The notes beneath the pieces are model-generated. The model did not search any database. It was not told the DNA's origin and saw only the letters and a program-made list of their open reading frames with translations. A stretch of DNA of 64,000 bases from Steroidobacteraceae bacterium (GTDB lineage: Bacteria > Pseudomonadota > Gammaproteobacteria > Steroidobacterales > Steroidobacteraceae). This document shows, one piece after another, positions 1-8,950 of this stretch (its first letter is position 1; each line of letters opens with the position of its first letter). The position numbers and the translations under genes are program-made. The DNA lies in NCBI GenBank assembly GCA_044375575.1, contig JBILMJ010000010.1, positions 2,282-66,281 on the forward strand, given 5' to 3'.

Positions 1-411
1 AGCATAGTCGAGGCTGAAGTATTGGAAAACACTGTTGGAGATGACGCAATCGTACGGTGTTTCGGGGTTTATCTTTGTGGCTTCTATGCATTGAAAATCA
101 CTATTCGGAAAGACTCTCTGCGCCGTTTTTATTAAACCGATTCCGTAGTCATTTCCCCCTACTTTTAGGGAAGCGTGCTCGCACAGAGCGTATAGAAATG
201 CTCCACTGCCGCAGCCAACCTCGTAGACCGAGTCGCCATCCTTCAGGCCAATTATGTCTGTCACTCTGCCCGCATACTCGCGCCAGTCATCAAGTTCAAT
301 CTTGCCTGCGCCGCTATCAAATCCGTCAAGAGTAATTAGATCTTGGAGACGAATTGCGTTAGATGTATCCGCGTTACGCCGATTCCATATTTCGTACCAC
401 CTGTCCTGCAT
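1..411 (-). CDS. Class I SAM-dependent methyltransferase, N-terminal 137 codons only (gene continues past the left window edge)
   Basis: Absent from the ORF track because it is open at the edge. Reverse-strand translation from the ATG at 411-409 reads MQDRWYEIWNRRNADTSNAIRLQDLITLDGFDSGAGK...DGDSVYEVGCGSGAFLYALCEH...DCVISNSVFQYFSLDYA. VYEVGCGSGAF is SAM-binding motif I of class I methyltransferases. There is a 3-nt spacer to the ORF upstream (415-816). Confidence 0.7.
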   Translation of the reverse strand, partial: MQDRWYEIWNRRNADTSNAIRLQDLITLDGFDSGAGKIELDDWREYAGRVTDIIGLKDGDSVYEVGCGSGAFLYALCEHASLKVGGNDYGIGLIKTAQRVFPNSDFQCIEATKINPETPYDCVISNSVFQYFSLDYA

Positions 412-414
412 TAT

Positions 415-816
415 CTATTCCTTATTCAGGTATAAGTTTGATATTGCTTTTAGTACCCGACCTCGCAACTGTGAGCTGCTTACTCCGTTTGTTCGCGGTA
501 GCACCAAAAGGCGGTCCTTTGATACGAGGTTGCTGTTGTCACTACCATGGACAAGCAAGTCAATTCGATACTGATCTAAAAAGGAATCGTCGATCAGCCA
601 TGGCGAAGGGACGACCTCGTCGACGAATTTGATAGCTTCGAGAACTTCACGTCGGGAGGCAAAATCGAGTTCCGGCTCGAAGCCTTTTTGGGATAGGATC
701 TCTTCGTCAGTTGTTAGGGCAACAATGACATTCCCGTGTTCCTTCGCCGCTCGCAGCAAGCGAACATGCCCGTGATGAATGAGGGTCGCGGACATATCCA
801 CCATTACCCGCCTCAC
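415..816 (-). CDS. Stand-alone cytidylyltransferase-like protein (HxGH nucleotidyltransferase, TagD/ECT type)
   Basis: 133-aa ORF. The N-terminus VMVDMSATLIHHGHVRLLRAAKEHGNVIVALTTDEEI carries the HxGH motif and the following helix of the cytidylyltransferase superfamily. The first codon is GTG, overlapping the stop of the upstream aminotransferase (GTGA, 813-816). ATG alternatives lie at 804 and 795. Confidence 0.7.
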   Translation of the reverse strand: MRRVMVDMSATLIHHGHVRLLRAAKEHGNVIVALTTDEEILSQKGFEPELDFASRREVLEAIKFVDEVVPSPWLIDDSFLDQYRIDLLVHGSDNSNLVSKDRLLVLPRTNGVSSSQLRGRVLKAISNLYLNKE

Positions 817-1802
817 TCCACTATCTCCAGAACTGAGAGAATTTTACCTCTAGCGGCGCGACCTAAGTGTGCCTCACCCAGGTGGCAAACAACGCTTCCG
901 CCAAGGTCCGTTCGAGGCGCATAAAGGATTGCACGCTGGTCCTTTGTGAGTATCTTGCAACGTACATGTGTGCACAGGAGCGGCTGATGCTCTCGCGAAC
1001 GTGTCAGATGCCGCTCCATGCGTTTAACAAAGATGCGCTTGTTTTCGGCTACAGACTCACGGAATGCGTCGTGGTCGGCGAGCACGTTGTCCAACGAAGC
1101 TATTGCGTGATATGGCCCCGTCATCAACTTTCCAATGTGACTCTCCATACTCAAATAAAATGAGTCAACTTCGACAGTGGGCGCTTCGTGATACGCAATA
1201 AATGCCGCGCCGGTCAGCCCGAAAAGACCCTTACAGGAGCTGTACGCGATAGCATCCCCGAACTCGTGCCGGGACTCGAGACCGATCGATGCAGTGGCAT
1301 CGAGCATAAGGCGCGCTGACAGCCGATCTGAGGTGGCACGCAAAGTGTCAATCGGAAGTTTCAGTCCGCAACTAGTTTCTGTGTAGCATGCGAAGACCCA
1401 ATCAAACTGGCCCCCAACGTTCTGGAGTTGATCCCATTCCGCAACGCACACCTCCCTGATGTGATTAAGCCGGCGTCGTGCTGAGTTGGCTAACCACAAC
1501 AGACGCTGAGAGTAAAAGCCCGACTTCACTACCAACACACGGCCGTACAGGAAGTTCAGGGCCATGACCTCAAGAGCTAGACTTGCAGAACCCTGCATCC
1601 GTACAACATTTGCATGGCCAGACATTTTTCGTAATGATTCCGTCACACGTTCCTCGACTGCAGCGTAGTCGCTGTCCCCTCTGCCAAAGCAGGGGCGAAG
1701 GCCACTGAGGTTTTCCGTTAGGAGTGAAGCAGGACCAGCCGTAAATAGAAGTTTACCCGCATTCCGACCTTCGACGAAGTCAGCCATCGATTCCGTTTTC
1801 AT
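813..1802 (-). CDS. aepZ: Class V aminotransferase, 2-aminoethylphosphonate:pyruvate transaminase-like
   Basis: 329 aa. It has LLFTAGPASL near the N-terminus and YSSCKGL (PLP-lysine context), typical of PhnW/AGXT-type class V aminotransferases. It lies immediately downstream of PEP mutase and phosphonopyruvate decarboxylase, which is the established AEP gene order. Confidence 0.7.
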   Translation of the reverse strand: MKTESMADFVEGRNAGKLLFTAGPASLLTENLSGLRPCFGRGDSDYAAVEERVTESLRKMSGHANVVRMQGSASLALEVMALNFLYGRVLVVKSGFYSQRLLWLANSARRRLNHIREVCVAEWDQLQNVGGQFDWVFACYTETSCGLKLPIDTLRATSDRLSARLMLDATASIGLESRHEFGDAIAYSSCKGLFGLTGAAFIAYHEAPTVEVDSFYLSMESHIGKLMTGPYHAIASLDNVLADHDAFRESVAENKRIFVKRMERHLTRSREHQPLLCTHVRCKILTKDQRAILYAPRTDLGGSVVCHLGEAHLGRAARGKILSVLEIVE

Positions 1803-2946
1803 ACGCGTTGCCGCCTCTCAAAAATTTCATGAAATCGGTCTTGTTCTGGACGGGGTGACGGTCGGGACGTCCTAGGTCTTTACGTGCACCCTGCTTACAA
1901 CGAACCTCTAGTAGGGCGCTACCACCTAAGTTGAGCATGCGAGCAAGTTTTTCACGCAAGTCGTCTCGGCCGATCGCAAAATCTGTATAACGGTAGCCGA
2001 AGGCGTCAGCAATGCGATCAAAACGAAGTACGTTCCCTTTTGTAGGTTGCCCACCGACGGAGTCGTGCGCCTCATTATTAAGAACAATGTGAAGGAGGTT
2101 CGGACAGTCAGCACTTACAGCTAAGGCGCCAGCGTGCATGAGCACGGCACCATCACCGTCGATACAAACAACCGTGCGGTGGGGACACGCCAGCGCTATT
2201 CCCGCCGCAATTTGACCAGCATGCCCCATGCCACCGACCGTAAGGAAATCACGCTGATGTCCTGCCCCGACTTGTTTTCTAAGTTCAAAAACCTCCCGCG
2301 ACGCCATACCAGTTGTCGACACGACGGCCGCATCGGCTGGGAGAAGATCAAGTACCTGCTGAATTGCCTCTTCTCTGCTGAGCTCAAGCCCCTTCTGAAG
2401 TGATTTTTCAAGACTGAAACGCGTGAAAGTATTTTTCCTTACAACGAGCGCGACCGGCCCAGAGCGTGCGAGCGCATCGGTAACAGCATGCTGAAGAATG
2501 GTTTCAATTTCACTCGTGTCGGCGTCAAGTATTTGATACGGAATATCGAGTAGATCAAGCTGAGAAAGCGTTACCTGTCCTTGCTTGACGTGTTGCGGTT
2601 CATCTTGAGCCTCGGCCTCGCCCTCCATTAACTCACCGCGCCAACCAATCATCAACACCAACGGAATTGCATACACTTGCGTATCCGCGAGCGACGTCAC
2701 AGGATTAAGGGCATTTCCGACGCCCGAGTTCTGTAAATATACGAGCGCAGGACGAGCGGTCGCAAGGTAATGCCCGATTGCCAAGCCCACGGCGGAACCT
2801 TCATTTGTTGCGACTATATGTCTTTCTGACCCAAACTTGGCGGTAATGCATGCGCAGACGTCCTTGAGCAACGAATCCGGCACTCCAGTTATAAACCGGA
2901 TTCCAGCTTTTTCTAAGCCATAGATGAAATTCTCGGTATGAATCAT
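1780..2946 (-). CDS. aepY: Phosphonopyruvate decarboxylase (ThDP-dependent)
   Basis: 388 aa. The N-terminal Pyr domain reads GVPDSLLKDV...ATNEGSAVGLAIGHYLA. The C-terminal ThDP-Mg motif reads IDGDGAVLMHAGAL...IVLNNEAHDSVGGQPT (GDG...NN). There is an ATGA overlap with the PEP mutase stop (2943-2946). Confidence 0.88.
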   Translation of the reverse strand: MIHTENFIYGLEKAGIRFITGVPDSLLKDVCACITAKFGSERHIVATNEGSAVGLAIGHYLATARPALVYLQNSGVGNALNPVTSLADTQVYAIPLVLMIGWRGELMEGEAEAQDEPQHVKQGQVTLSQLDLLDIPYQILDADTSEIETILQHAVTDALARSGPVALVVRKNTFTRFSLEKSLQKGLELSREEAIQQVLDLLPADAAVVSTTGMASREVFELRKQVGAGHQRDFLTVGGMGHAGQIAAGIALACPHRTVVCIDGDGAVLMHAGALAVSADCPNLLHIVLNNEAHDSVGGQPTKGNVLRFDRIADAFGYRYTDFAIGRDDLREKLARMLNLGGSALLEVRCKQGARKDLGRPDRHPVQNKTDFMKFLRGGNAYENGIDG

Positions 2947-4241
2947 TTTGTGCCGGGGATAAGTTCAAGAATCTCGTTGATACTGATCAATCGATCGTCA
3001 ACTTCAGCCGTCCGTCCATTACGCAGAATCTCGTCTGCCACCCACTTCATTGCTGGATAGGCGGCCCTCATGAGGTGATTTGCGTAAATGACTATATTGA
3101 AGCCCCGAGCAGAAAGCTCTTCTTCAGTAGCAGCATTGTAACTGGTCGGCACACTTACGAGTGGAATATGAGGAAAATCGCCGCGGAAGATTCGCGCAAA
3201 CTCGTAGACTTCGCTCGGATCCTTACGCCTGCTATGGATCATAATCCCGTCAACCCCGGCTTCGACATAGGCTTGCGCTCGTAACACCGCGTCTCTCATA
3301 CCTTTATCGAGAATAAGACTTTCAATTCGCGCGATCACCATAAAATCGGAACTGATACGACTTTCTCGACCGGCTCGAATTTTCTCACAAAATCGACCAA
3401 TTTCCTCTTGAGTCTGCGAAACCTCAGTGCCGAAAAGTGAGTTTTTTTTCAGGCCGGTTTTATCTTCAATAATTACCGAAGAAATACCTAAACGCTCAAT
3501 TGTACGAACATTAATCTCGAAGTGCTCTGGCTTGCCGCCCGTATCAAGGTCCATGATGAGCGGCTTTGTAGTTACTTCAAATATATTATTAATGTTACTG
3601 AGACGGCTCGATATATCAAGCGCCTCGATGTCAGGCTTTCCCATCTCAGTGGAGTCGGTTAGCGAACTAGACCAAAACCCATCAAACTGCTTTAACTTCC
3701 CATCCACTTCACGGTTTGCATTTTCTACAATCAACGCTGAAATAGGACTGTGCGCCTCTAGGAATCGGGTGATCGGTTTCGACCGTAACAACCTTTTTAA
3801 CGTCCCTTTTCTTATCTCTGGCGTTGTGCCGAACGAAAGAATTTTCTCCACTAAGCTACTTGACGAAACGTCTTTGGTGTACGGAATCTCTATCAGTTTT
3901 CCGCCGTACTCAGCCAGAGCCTCAAGCGCCTTATCTCGATACGGAGCTAACGGGCCGTCAAGCCAGTCGTCCCCGTGAATCATAAAATCTGGGCGGTATT
4001 TCCTGATGTTAGGAGCGTAGTCCCATTCGTTCTGAATAACGACTCTCGAAACACCGACGATGTTTTCGAGTATTCTTTTTCGATATTCAAATTTCAAATA
4101 GGGAAGCCGCTTGTAATCAGCAAGAGCTTCGTCGGTCAACAGGCCGATAATTAACTCCCCGTATTCTCTTGCACGCTCGATAATATTAATGTGCCCATGA
4201 TGAAAAATATCTACCGTCATACCTAAATATATTTTAGTCAT
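2943..4241 (-). CDS. aepX: Bifunctional cytidylyltransferase-like domain fused to phosphoenolpyruvate phosphomutase
   Basis: 432 aa. Residues 1 to about 135 form a cytidylyltransferase fold (GMTVDIFHHGHINIIERAREYGELIIGLLTDEA, HxGH). The rest is isocitrate-lyase/PEP-mutase fold with the diagnostic PEP mutase signature IIEDKTGLKKNSLFG (EDKxxxxxNS) and DLDTGG. Confidence 0.9.
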   Translation of the reverse strand: MTKIYLGMTVDIFHHGHINIIERAREYGELIIGLLTDEALADYKRLPYLKFEYRKRILENIVGVSRVVIQNEWDYAPNIRKYRPDFMIHGDDWLDGPLAPYRDKALEALAEYGGKLIEIPYTKDVSSSSLVEKILSFGTTPEIRKGTLKRLLRSKPITRFLEAHSPISALIVENANREVDGKLKQFDGFWSSSLTDSTEMGKPDIEALDISSRLSNINNIFEVTTKPLIMDLDTGGKPEHFEINVRTIERLGISSVIIEDKTGLKKNSLFGTEVSQTQEEIGRFCEKIRAGRESRISSDFMVIARIESLILDKGMRDAVLRAQAYVEAGVDGIMIHSRRKDPSEVYEFARIFRGDFPHIPLVSVPTSYNAATEEELSARGFNIVIYANHLMRAAYPAMKWVADEILRNGRTAEVDDRLISINEILELIPGTK

Positions 4242-5506
4242 CCGCGTTTCTCGTGTGGATCAGAATCTTTTATAGTAACGCTATCTTTAAATTTTAAATA
4301 TTTTTACTAGCGATTTTAAAATATTTGCCTCGTCCCTCAATTAGCGGAAAAGCAGTTTTTTAAATCGATGGAACCTTCAATCCGCTTTAGCATGGTAAGC
4401 TACTTTCCGAGTAAAATACCGGCTACGGCTGCATCTGGCTCGTTTATTTTTTTGAAAGAAAATTTTCGCTTGGCTGGCGCCACTCATCTTTTTAAGCGCC
4501 TGATGAGGCCGGCTTCGTAATTATTATTTTTAACTAATTCTCGTCCAGCCATACATCTGACAGTTAGCCGTTGATATAATATCGATAAATTTAGCGAAAA
4601 TTTTTTCCGGCTAAATGAAGGCAAGCTGATGCATACGAAAGACAGCCTTATTCTATAAATTCCGAGGGTCAATTCATTTCTTTTTCGAAACTCTATTTTA
4701 GTTTCAACTTGTTCTAGCTGGCAACTCAGGCGACGTCATAGCTTCGGACTCTAATAATCGTCGATAAGTTGGATGTGTGGCATTTGACTGCATCGCCGAC
4801 CGCGAGAGCGCGAATATCGTTGCATAAACCTACTTCTCCAATTCGGATATTACCTGGCGAGCGTGATCAAGCCGTTTTGCGGGAAAATCCTTTTTGCTTC
4901 CGTCAAAAATTTTTCGTCTCCAGTCTTGCGCCGCCTCGGTTATTTTTAATCGTCGGCGCGGTCACGTTTAAACCCCCGTTTTTCACCGGGCCTACGAACT
5001 AACCCGACCTCGAGGCGCATAGGCACAAAACTCCATACCAACTCTCAAAACAATATATTTTCAAAAGCCCGCGCTCTAATAGCGATTGCCTAAACTTTCA
5101 CGACCGAGCTCGCGCATCGCTTCGAGTCAAATTGACAATACAACCAACTCCGCCCGGCCTTATTTTATAGCCGCATAACTCACTTAAGCGTAACACGTGC
5201 ACGGAGCGCCGCAACCATTAATTAGCCCTTCGGCGAGCCTGGTTCCCCCGGAGGCCCCAGCAATCCTGAGCGGTACTGTTCGACTTTCGTTCCTTGATAA
5301 GATCTCTTTCAGTCTAAAAACCCCCTAGACTTTATACTTGACGAGGTAACGGTGCACTCGGAAAACCGTATTTATAAAACTCGAATCTGACACCGCAGAT
5401 TTAAACTTAACTTGGGGCCCTATCGTGACGCCCTACCCAAATGACAATCTCTGTTTTTAAAACAGCCTTCTGAATAGCTTGGGATCTTCTAAGTTGAGCT
5501 GAGTGA
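4242..5506. other. 1.26-kb AT-rich region without a credible ORF (promoter region and/or decayed gene remnants)
   Basis: The longest ORFs are 62 and 77 aa with no recognisable motif. This is the only large gap in an otherwise gap-free minus-strand gene array. Reverse-strand reading gives short protein-like stretches broken by stops (for example ...DGSKKDFPAKRLDHARQVISELEK* ending near 4839-4841). Confidence 0.5.
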
Positions 5507-7231
5507 TTAGCTTAATCCGGGCGGCTCGCGTAACGGCGTCAAGTTAGACGGCTCGACTAACGCGACGCCCGACTGAAACTGCTTTTCTAAATTATTGGCC
5601 TCTACTATGTCATCGGGTGTTAGTTCCAGCCCCAGAATATTTGCAATAACGCCAACGATTTCGGGCGCCTGGATCGTCGGCTTACTGAAGTGTCGCGTTC
5701 GAATAATGTGTTTAGCATTTCGGTTTAGCACCCAACTTAATGGTACAGGACGGTTGGCCTGCCACTCCAAATCAAACGCATGAATAGTTTCACCAAGTAC
5801 AATATTTTGCGGTCCACAGTCGAGTGCAGAGCCTTCAATAGTTACGGAGTCCAGTCGACGTCCGCGCAGGTTCGTCAAGGTCAACTGGTTACCGCTCAGG
5901 CGGCAATTGATCTTGAAGCTGTGTAGAAGGAAGGCGGTCCAAGTCTCCAGCAAGTACACTAAGCGATCACCGTCACTTTTCTTTAACGCCTTTGAAATTT
6001 CAACACCCATTAATCGGCCGGGGAAATACTTAGAACTTCCGTTGTCAATTATCTGGCGGATTTGTATCAAGTCCCCCGATTCGGTGGTCACAAAGATTGG
6101 ACGATCAGTAACCGCCCCGTCTGGCAACAGGGGACTCTTAAGGACCTTTAGTTGACCATGACCGTCGGTCACGAAACATGTGTGTGTACACAAATCACGC
6201 TTCCGATCTACAGAAAAATAGTGCGCGAGAACATTCGGGTCAAAACCATCTTGTTGTTCATCGTATCGGCAGGCGATCAAAAACGAGTTGGCCAAATCGA
6301 TCATTAACCCATTTTTTCGAAGCGATCCCAAAACCAGAGATTCATCAAACATGCGATCATTCTTTCCACGGTAATCCAGGCTTCGTGAGTAATGCAGCAT
6401 CTCTTCAGCACGAAAATTTCGATTCGCACTTATATTTTCGCTATATATTACCTTCGGCAATTTGTAGTCAGGAAAAGCCGCGAAAAACTTGCAATTAACA
6501 AAACCAGCGTCGGCTAACATGTCAGCTAATTCTGCACGACCCCAGGTCGTGATGTCGTTATCAGAGTAGAGGTCCTGCGGACCATAGAACCGTTTTCCGT
6601 TATGATCTTCGCCAGCGCCATTCAGATATTTGATCCCAAGCTTATTTTCGATTGCGACGAGCAAATTGCCGTTCGGCTTCATGTAACGTCGGGCAAGATC
6701 AAGATACTCCCGCTGACGATTACCGGAGCTGGCATACTTCTGCGAGTACTCCAAGACGCCGATCATTAAAACCCAGTCGTACTTTTCAGCAATGTTCAGC
6801 GATAGGAAATTATCGACGACTACGCGTACATTTTTAAATCCCTCGCAGCGCTTCGCCGCAATAGCTGCGCGCGACAGCTCGGCCTCCACTGACGTTACTT
6901 CGGCACCAATTTCTGCTAAGTAGCGCGTGATTGATCCACAGCCGCTGCCAAGTTCCAAGACACGGTCGCCACGCTTGATGTCGAACGGTCGCAGCACCAA
7001 GTGTCGCTTGCGCGAGAAGTGGTACTCACTTGGCCAATCAACCATGTGCCTGACCAGGTCAGACGAGAATGTGGAGCGGTCGTCCACGGCTTGAATTAAC
7101 CGTATAAGCTTATCTTCGCCCCCATCACGATAGCCAATACTGCGGGTACCCGGCCTGGTGTAGACACCGAGCCGCTCGTCCAAAACATAACAGGGATCGT
7201 CGGGGCTAGTTGATGAGTCGGAATTTGTCAT
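5507..7231 (-). CDS. Two-domain protein: N-terminal class I SAM methyltransferase plus C-terminal kinase-like domain (WbdD-like architecture)
   Basis: 574 aa. Motif I is RVLELGSGCGSITRYLAEIGAEVTSVE. The C-terminal part contains LDCGPQNIVL...IHAFDLEW, which resembles the DxxxxN catalytic loop and the (I/F)DxE metal-binding motif of APH/choline-kinase/WbdD-type kinases. The kinase call is inference only. Confidence 0.6.
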   Translation of the reverse strand: MTNSDSSTSPDDPCYVLDERLGVYTRPGTRSIGYRDGGEDKLIRLIQAVDDRSTFSSDLVRHMVDWPSEYHFSRKRHLVLRPFDIKRGDRVLELGSGCGSITRYLAEIGAEVTSVEAELSRAAIAAKRCEGFKNVRVVVDNFLSLNIAEKYDWVLMIGVLEYSQKYASSGNRQREYLDLARRYMKPNGNLLVAIENKLGIKYLNGAGEDHNGKRFYGPQDLYSDNDITTWGRAELADMLADAGFVNCKFFAAFPDYKLPKVIYSENISANRNFRAEEMLHYSRSLDYRGKNDRMFDESLVLGSLRKNGLMIDLANSFLIACRYDEQQDGFDPNVLAHYFSVDRKRDLCTHTCFVTDGHGQLKVLKSPLLPDGAVTDRPIFVTTESGDLIQIRQIIDNGSSKYFPGRLMGVEISKALKKSDGDRLVYLLETWTAFLLHSFKINCRLSGNQLTLTNLRGRRLDSVTIEGSALDCGPQNIVLGETIHAFDLEWQANRPVPLSWVLNRNAKHIIRTRHFSKPTIQAPEIVGVIANILGLELTPDDIVEANNLEKQFQSGVALVEPSNLTPLREPPGLS

Positions 7232-7234
7232 TAT

Positions 7235-7924
7235 CTATTCCTTTATTAGATAAGCTGGCCGCGCCGCAAATGGGAATTTCTTGATCTTTACGTCTCTATT
7301 CGAAAAAAATTTATCTATGGCATATGTGTCACCGTGATAGCTTTTTCCAGAAGTTCCCTCTCCTGAATAATTGTCCAACAAAATTACTCCACCACGAGAA
7401 ACACGATCGTAGAGGTGTTCCAGCACAGCCAGTGTTGGCTCGACGAAATCGATGTCCACATTCAGCAAACAAATTTTTAGGCCTTGATTCTGCATTGCAT
7501 AGTCAGGAACCGTGATGGTGGCATCACCAGCCACGATTTCGAAGTTTGTTATGCCCTTATGTTTCAGTGTAGCGGTCAATTGATCGGCTGAAATTGACGA
7601 GCTACCCGCTGTTTCTATCCAGTGGTTCCTCTGGGCTTTATCTTGCTCAAAACTTGTATCGGGAAAATCATCGCTAAAAACATCGAAGGCGATTAATTTC
7701 GCGGAGAAATTTCCGCCAAGAATCTGGCGCATCAATGCAAAACGGACAAAGCTCGTGCCTTTGAAAACACCGCACTCGACGATTGCTCCCGGCACATTAC
7801 TGGCTAGTTTCATTGCCTCCCAATGCACCAAGAATTTTGATAGTCGTTCTTCATTCATCATCAGATGAAAATTAGTTTCGGCGTCATACATCGCTTGCGT
7901 CGAAAAGTCTGGTAACTGAATCAT
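7235..7924 (-). CDS. TylF/MycF-family (macrocin-type) SAM-dependent O-methyltransferase
   Basis: 229 aa. GAIVECGVFKGTSFVRFA and LLNVDIDFVEPTLAVLEHLYDRVSRGGVILLDNY match the TylF-like methyltransferase pattern. There is a 3-nt spacer to the next gene. Confidence 0.7.
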   Translation of the reverse strand: MIQLPDFSTQAMYDAETNFHLMMNEERLSKFLVHWEAMKLASNVPGAIVECGVFKGTSFVRFALMRQILGGNFSAKLIAFDVFSDDFPDTSFEQDKAQRNHWIETAGSSSISADQLTATLKHKGITNFEIVAGDATITVPDYAMQNQGLKICLLNVDIDFVEPTLAVLEHLYDRVSRGGVILLDNYSGEGTSGKSYHGDTYAIDKFFSNRDVKIKKFPFAARPAYLIKE

Positions 7925-7944
7925 GCGTTTTCCCTTTTTTAATT

Positions 7945-8913
7945 TTAGTCATTTATTGCGAAAGCCGAGTCTTGCCCGGAGAGAGTAGCCAGTCGCATTA
8001 ACTCTGGATACTTCTTCAATCCATTCACGATAATCTTAGGGATATGCGTTGGCCAAACATCAACGATAAGCACAATTCGACGGCCGCGAGAAAGATGTTC
8101 AACTTCGTGGACGATGGAGTCATTGAATCCGAAGGCTTTGCCCTCGGTCCAGGACTTCCACCGTCTGCCTATCCTTATTCTTGAAATACCGTCGGGAGGT
8201 ACTTTGAGCGCTAAGTGATATCGGTGCCTAAGCGAGGTCGAACCCCTATGTGGTGCGATCGTAGTATTCGGCTCGAGGATTGATACAAAAGCAAACCCTA
8301 AGGTTAGGTTCGGACGAAGGCTGTTGATCACCTCAGCGGTGATCGGGCAAGCGCGCCGCATAGCTACGTTCTCCGCGCCTGCCCTATCATAGAACGAGCG
8401 ATATCTCCATAAACCCCCTGGGTTAGCGAGGCTATCGCTGTCTGGGAATTTAACGGACGGGTCGATGGCACCCAACACCTCAGCAGAAATGCTTGGCGCG
8501 CACTGCTCTAGCAGTCGGGTCACGGCGTCATTTTCGGTGATAGTCAAAGCATTACCAGGATAACTCCAGATTACCTCGCCCGCGTAGCCGTCGAGTCGGA
8601 GTCGTCTTATGCCATGGTTCATTGCAACTGCGTCGTACTCTCCCGCCTTAGCAGACCGTTGTAATATGCGTAACCCCTCATCCGTCGCTAGTTGCGCTAA
8701 CGACCACCCCTGAAAGACTACCGTACCCAGCGCCGACTCTCTTGCGACGACAGACCTCAGCATATGATGTTGCTGCGTGATGCGAGCGATATCTTCCGGT
8801 AACGAAGCGGAATCATCCCGCCCGGCCCCCTCCGCGAACGAGTCGAGAGAGCCCTGCGGTATCGACGGTACTGAGGCCAAATTATTACTCACCTGTCTCT
8901 CCATGGCGACCAT
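7945..8913 (-). CDS. Aspartyl/asparaginyl beta-hydroxylase-family Fe(II)/2-oxoglutarate dioxygenase (LpxO-like fold)
   Basis: 322 aa. The C-terminal half reads FAFVSILEPNTTIAPHRGSTSLRHRYHLALKVP...WTEGKAFGFNDSIVHEVEHLSRGRRIVLIVDVW. This follows the family pattern (xPHxG...HLxLxxP...W.EG....FDDS..HE..N.....R..L..D.W). Confidence 0.7.
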   Translation of the reverse strand: MVAMERQVSNNLASVPSIPQGSLDSFAEGAGRDDSASLPEDIARITQQHHMLRSVVARESALGTVVFQGWSLAQLATDEGLRILQRSAKAGEYDAVAMNHGIRRLRLDGYAGEVIWSYPGNALTITENDAVTRLLEQCAPSISAEVLGAIDPSVKFPDSDSLANPGGLWRYRSFYDRAGAENVAMRRACPITAEVINSLRPNLTLGFAFVSILEPNTTIAPHRGSTSLRHRYHLALKVPPDGISRIRIGRRWKSWTEGKAFGFNDSIVHEVEHLSRGRRIVLIVDVWPTHIPKIIVNGLKKYPELMRLATLSGQDSAFAIND

Positions 8914-8950
8914 CTAGTCTTCAGATTTTTATTCCGGTAGAAATATTTTT

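Noticed and set aside
57-632. Three plus-strand ORFs (57-335, 254-574, 363-632) at the left edge
   Set aside because: They overlap minus-strand genes that have clear motifs: the edge-truncated SAM methyltransferase (1-411) and the HxGH cytidylyltransferase (415-816). Their own products have no motifs.
4484-5002. 62-aa (minus) and 77-aa (plus) ORFs inside the AT-rich spacer
   Set aside because: They have no ribosome-binding context or motifs and their composition looks random. I treat the whole region as non-coding or decayed rather than calling genes.
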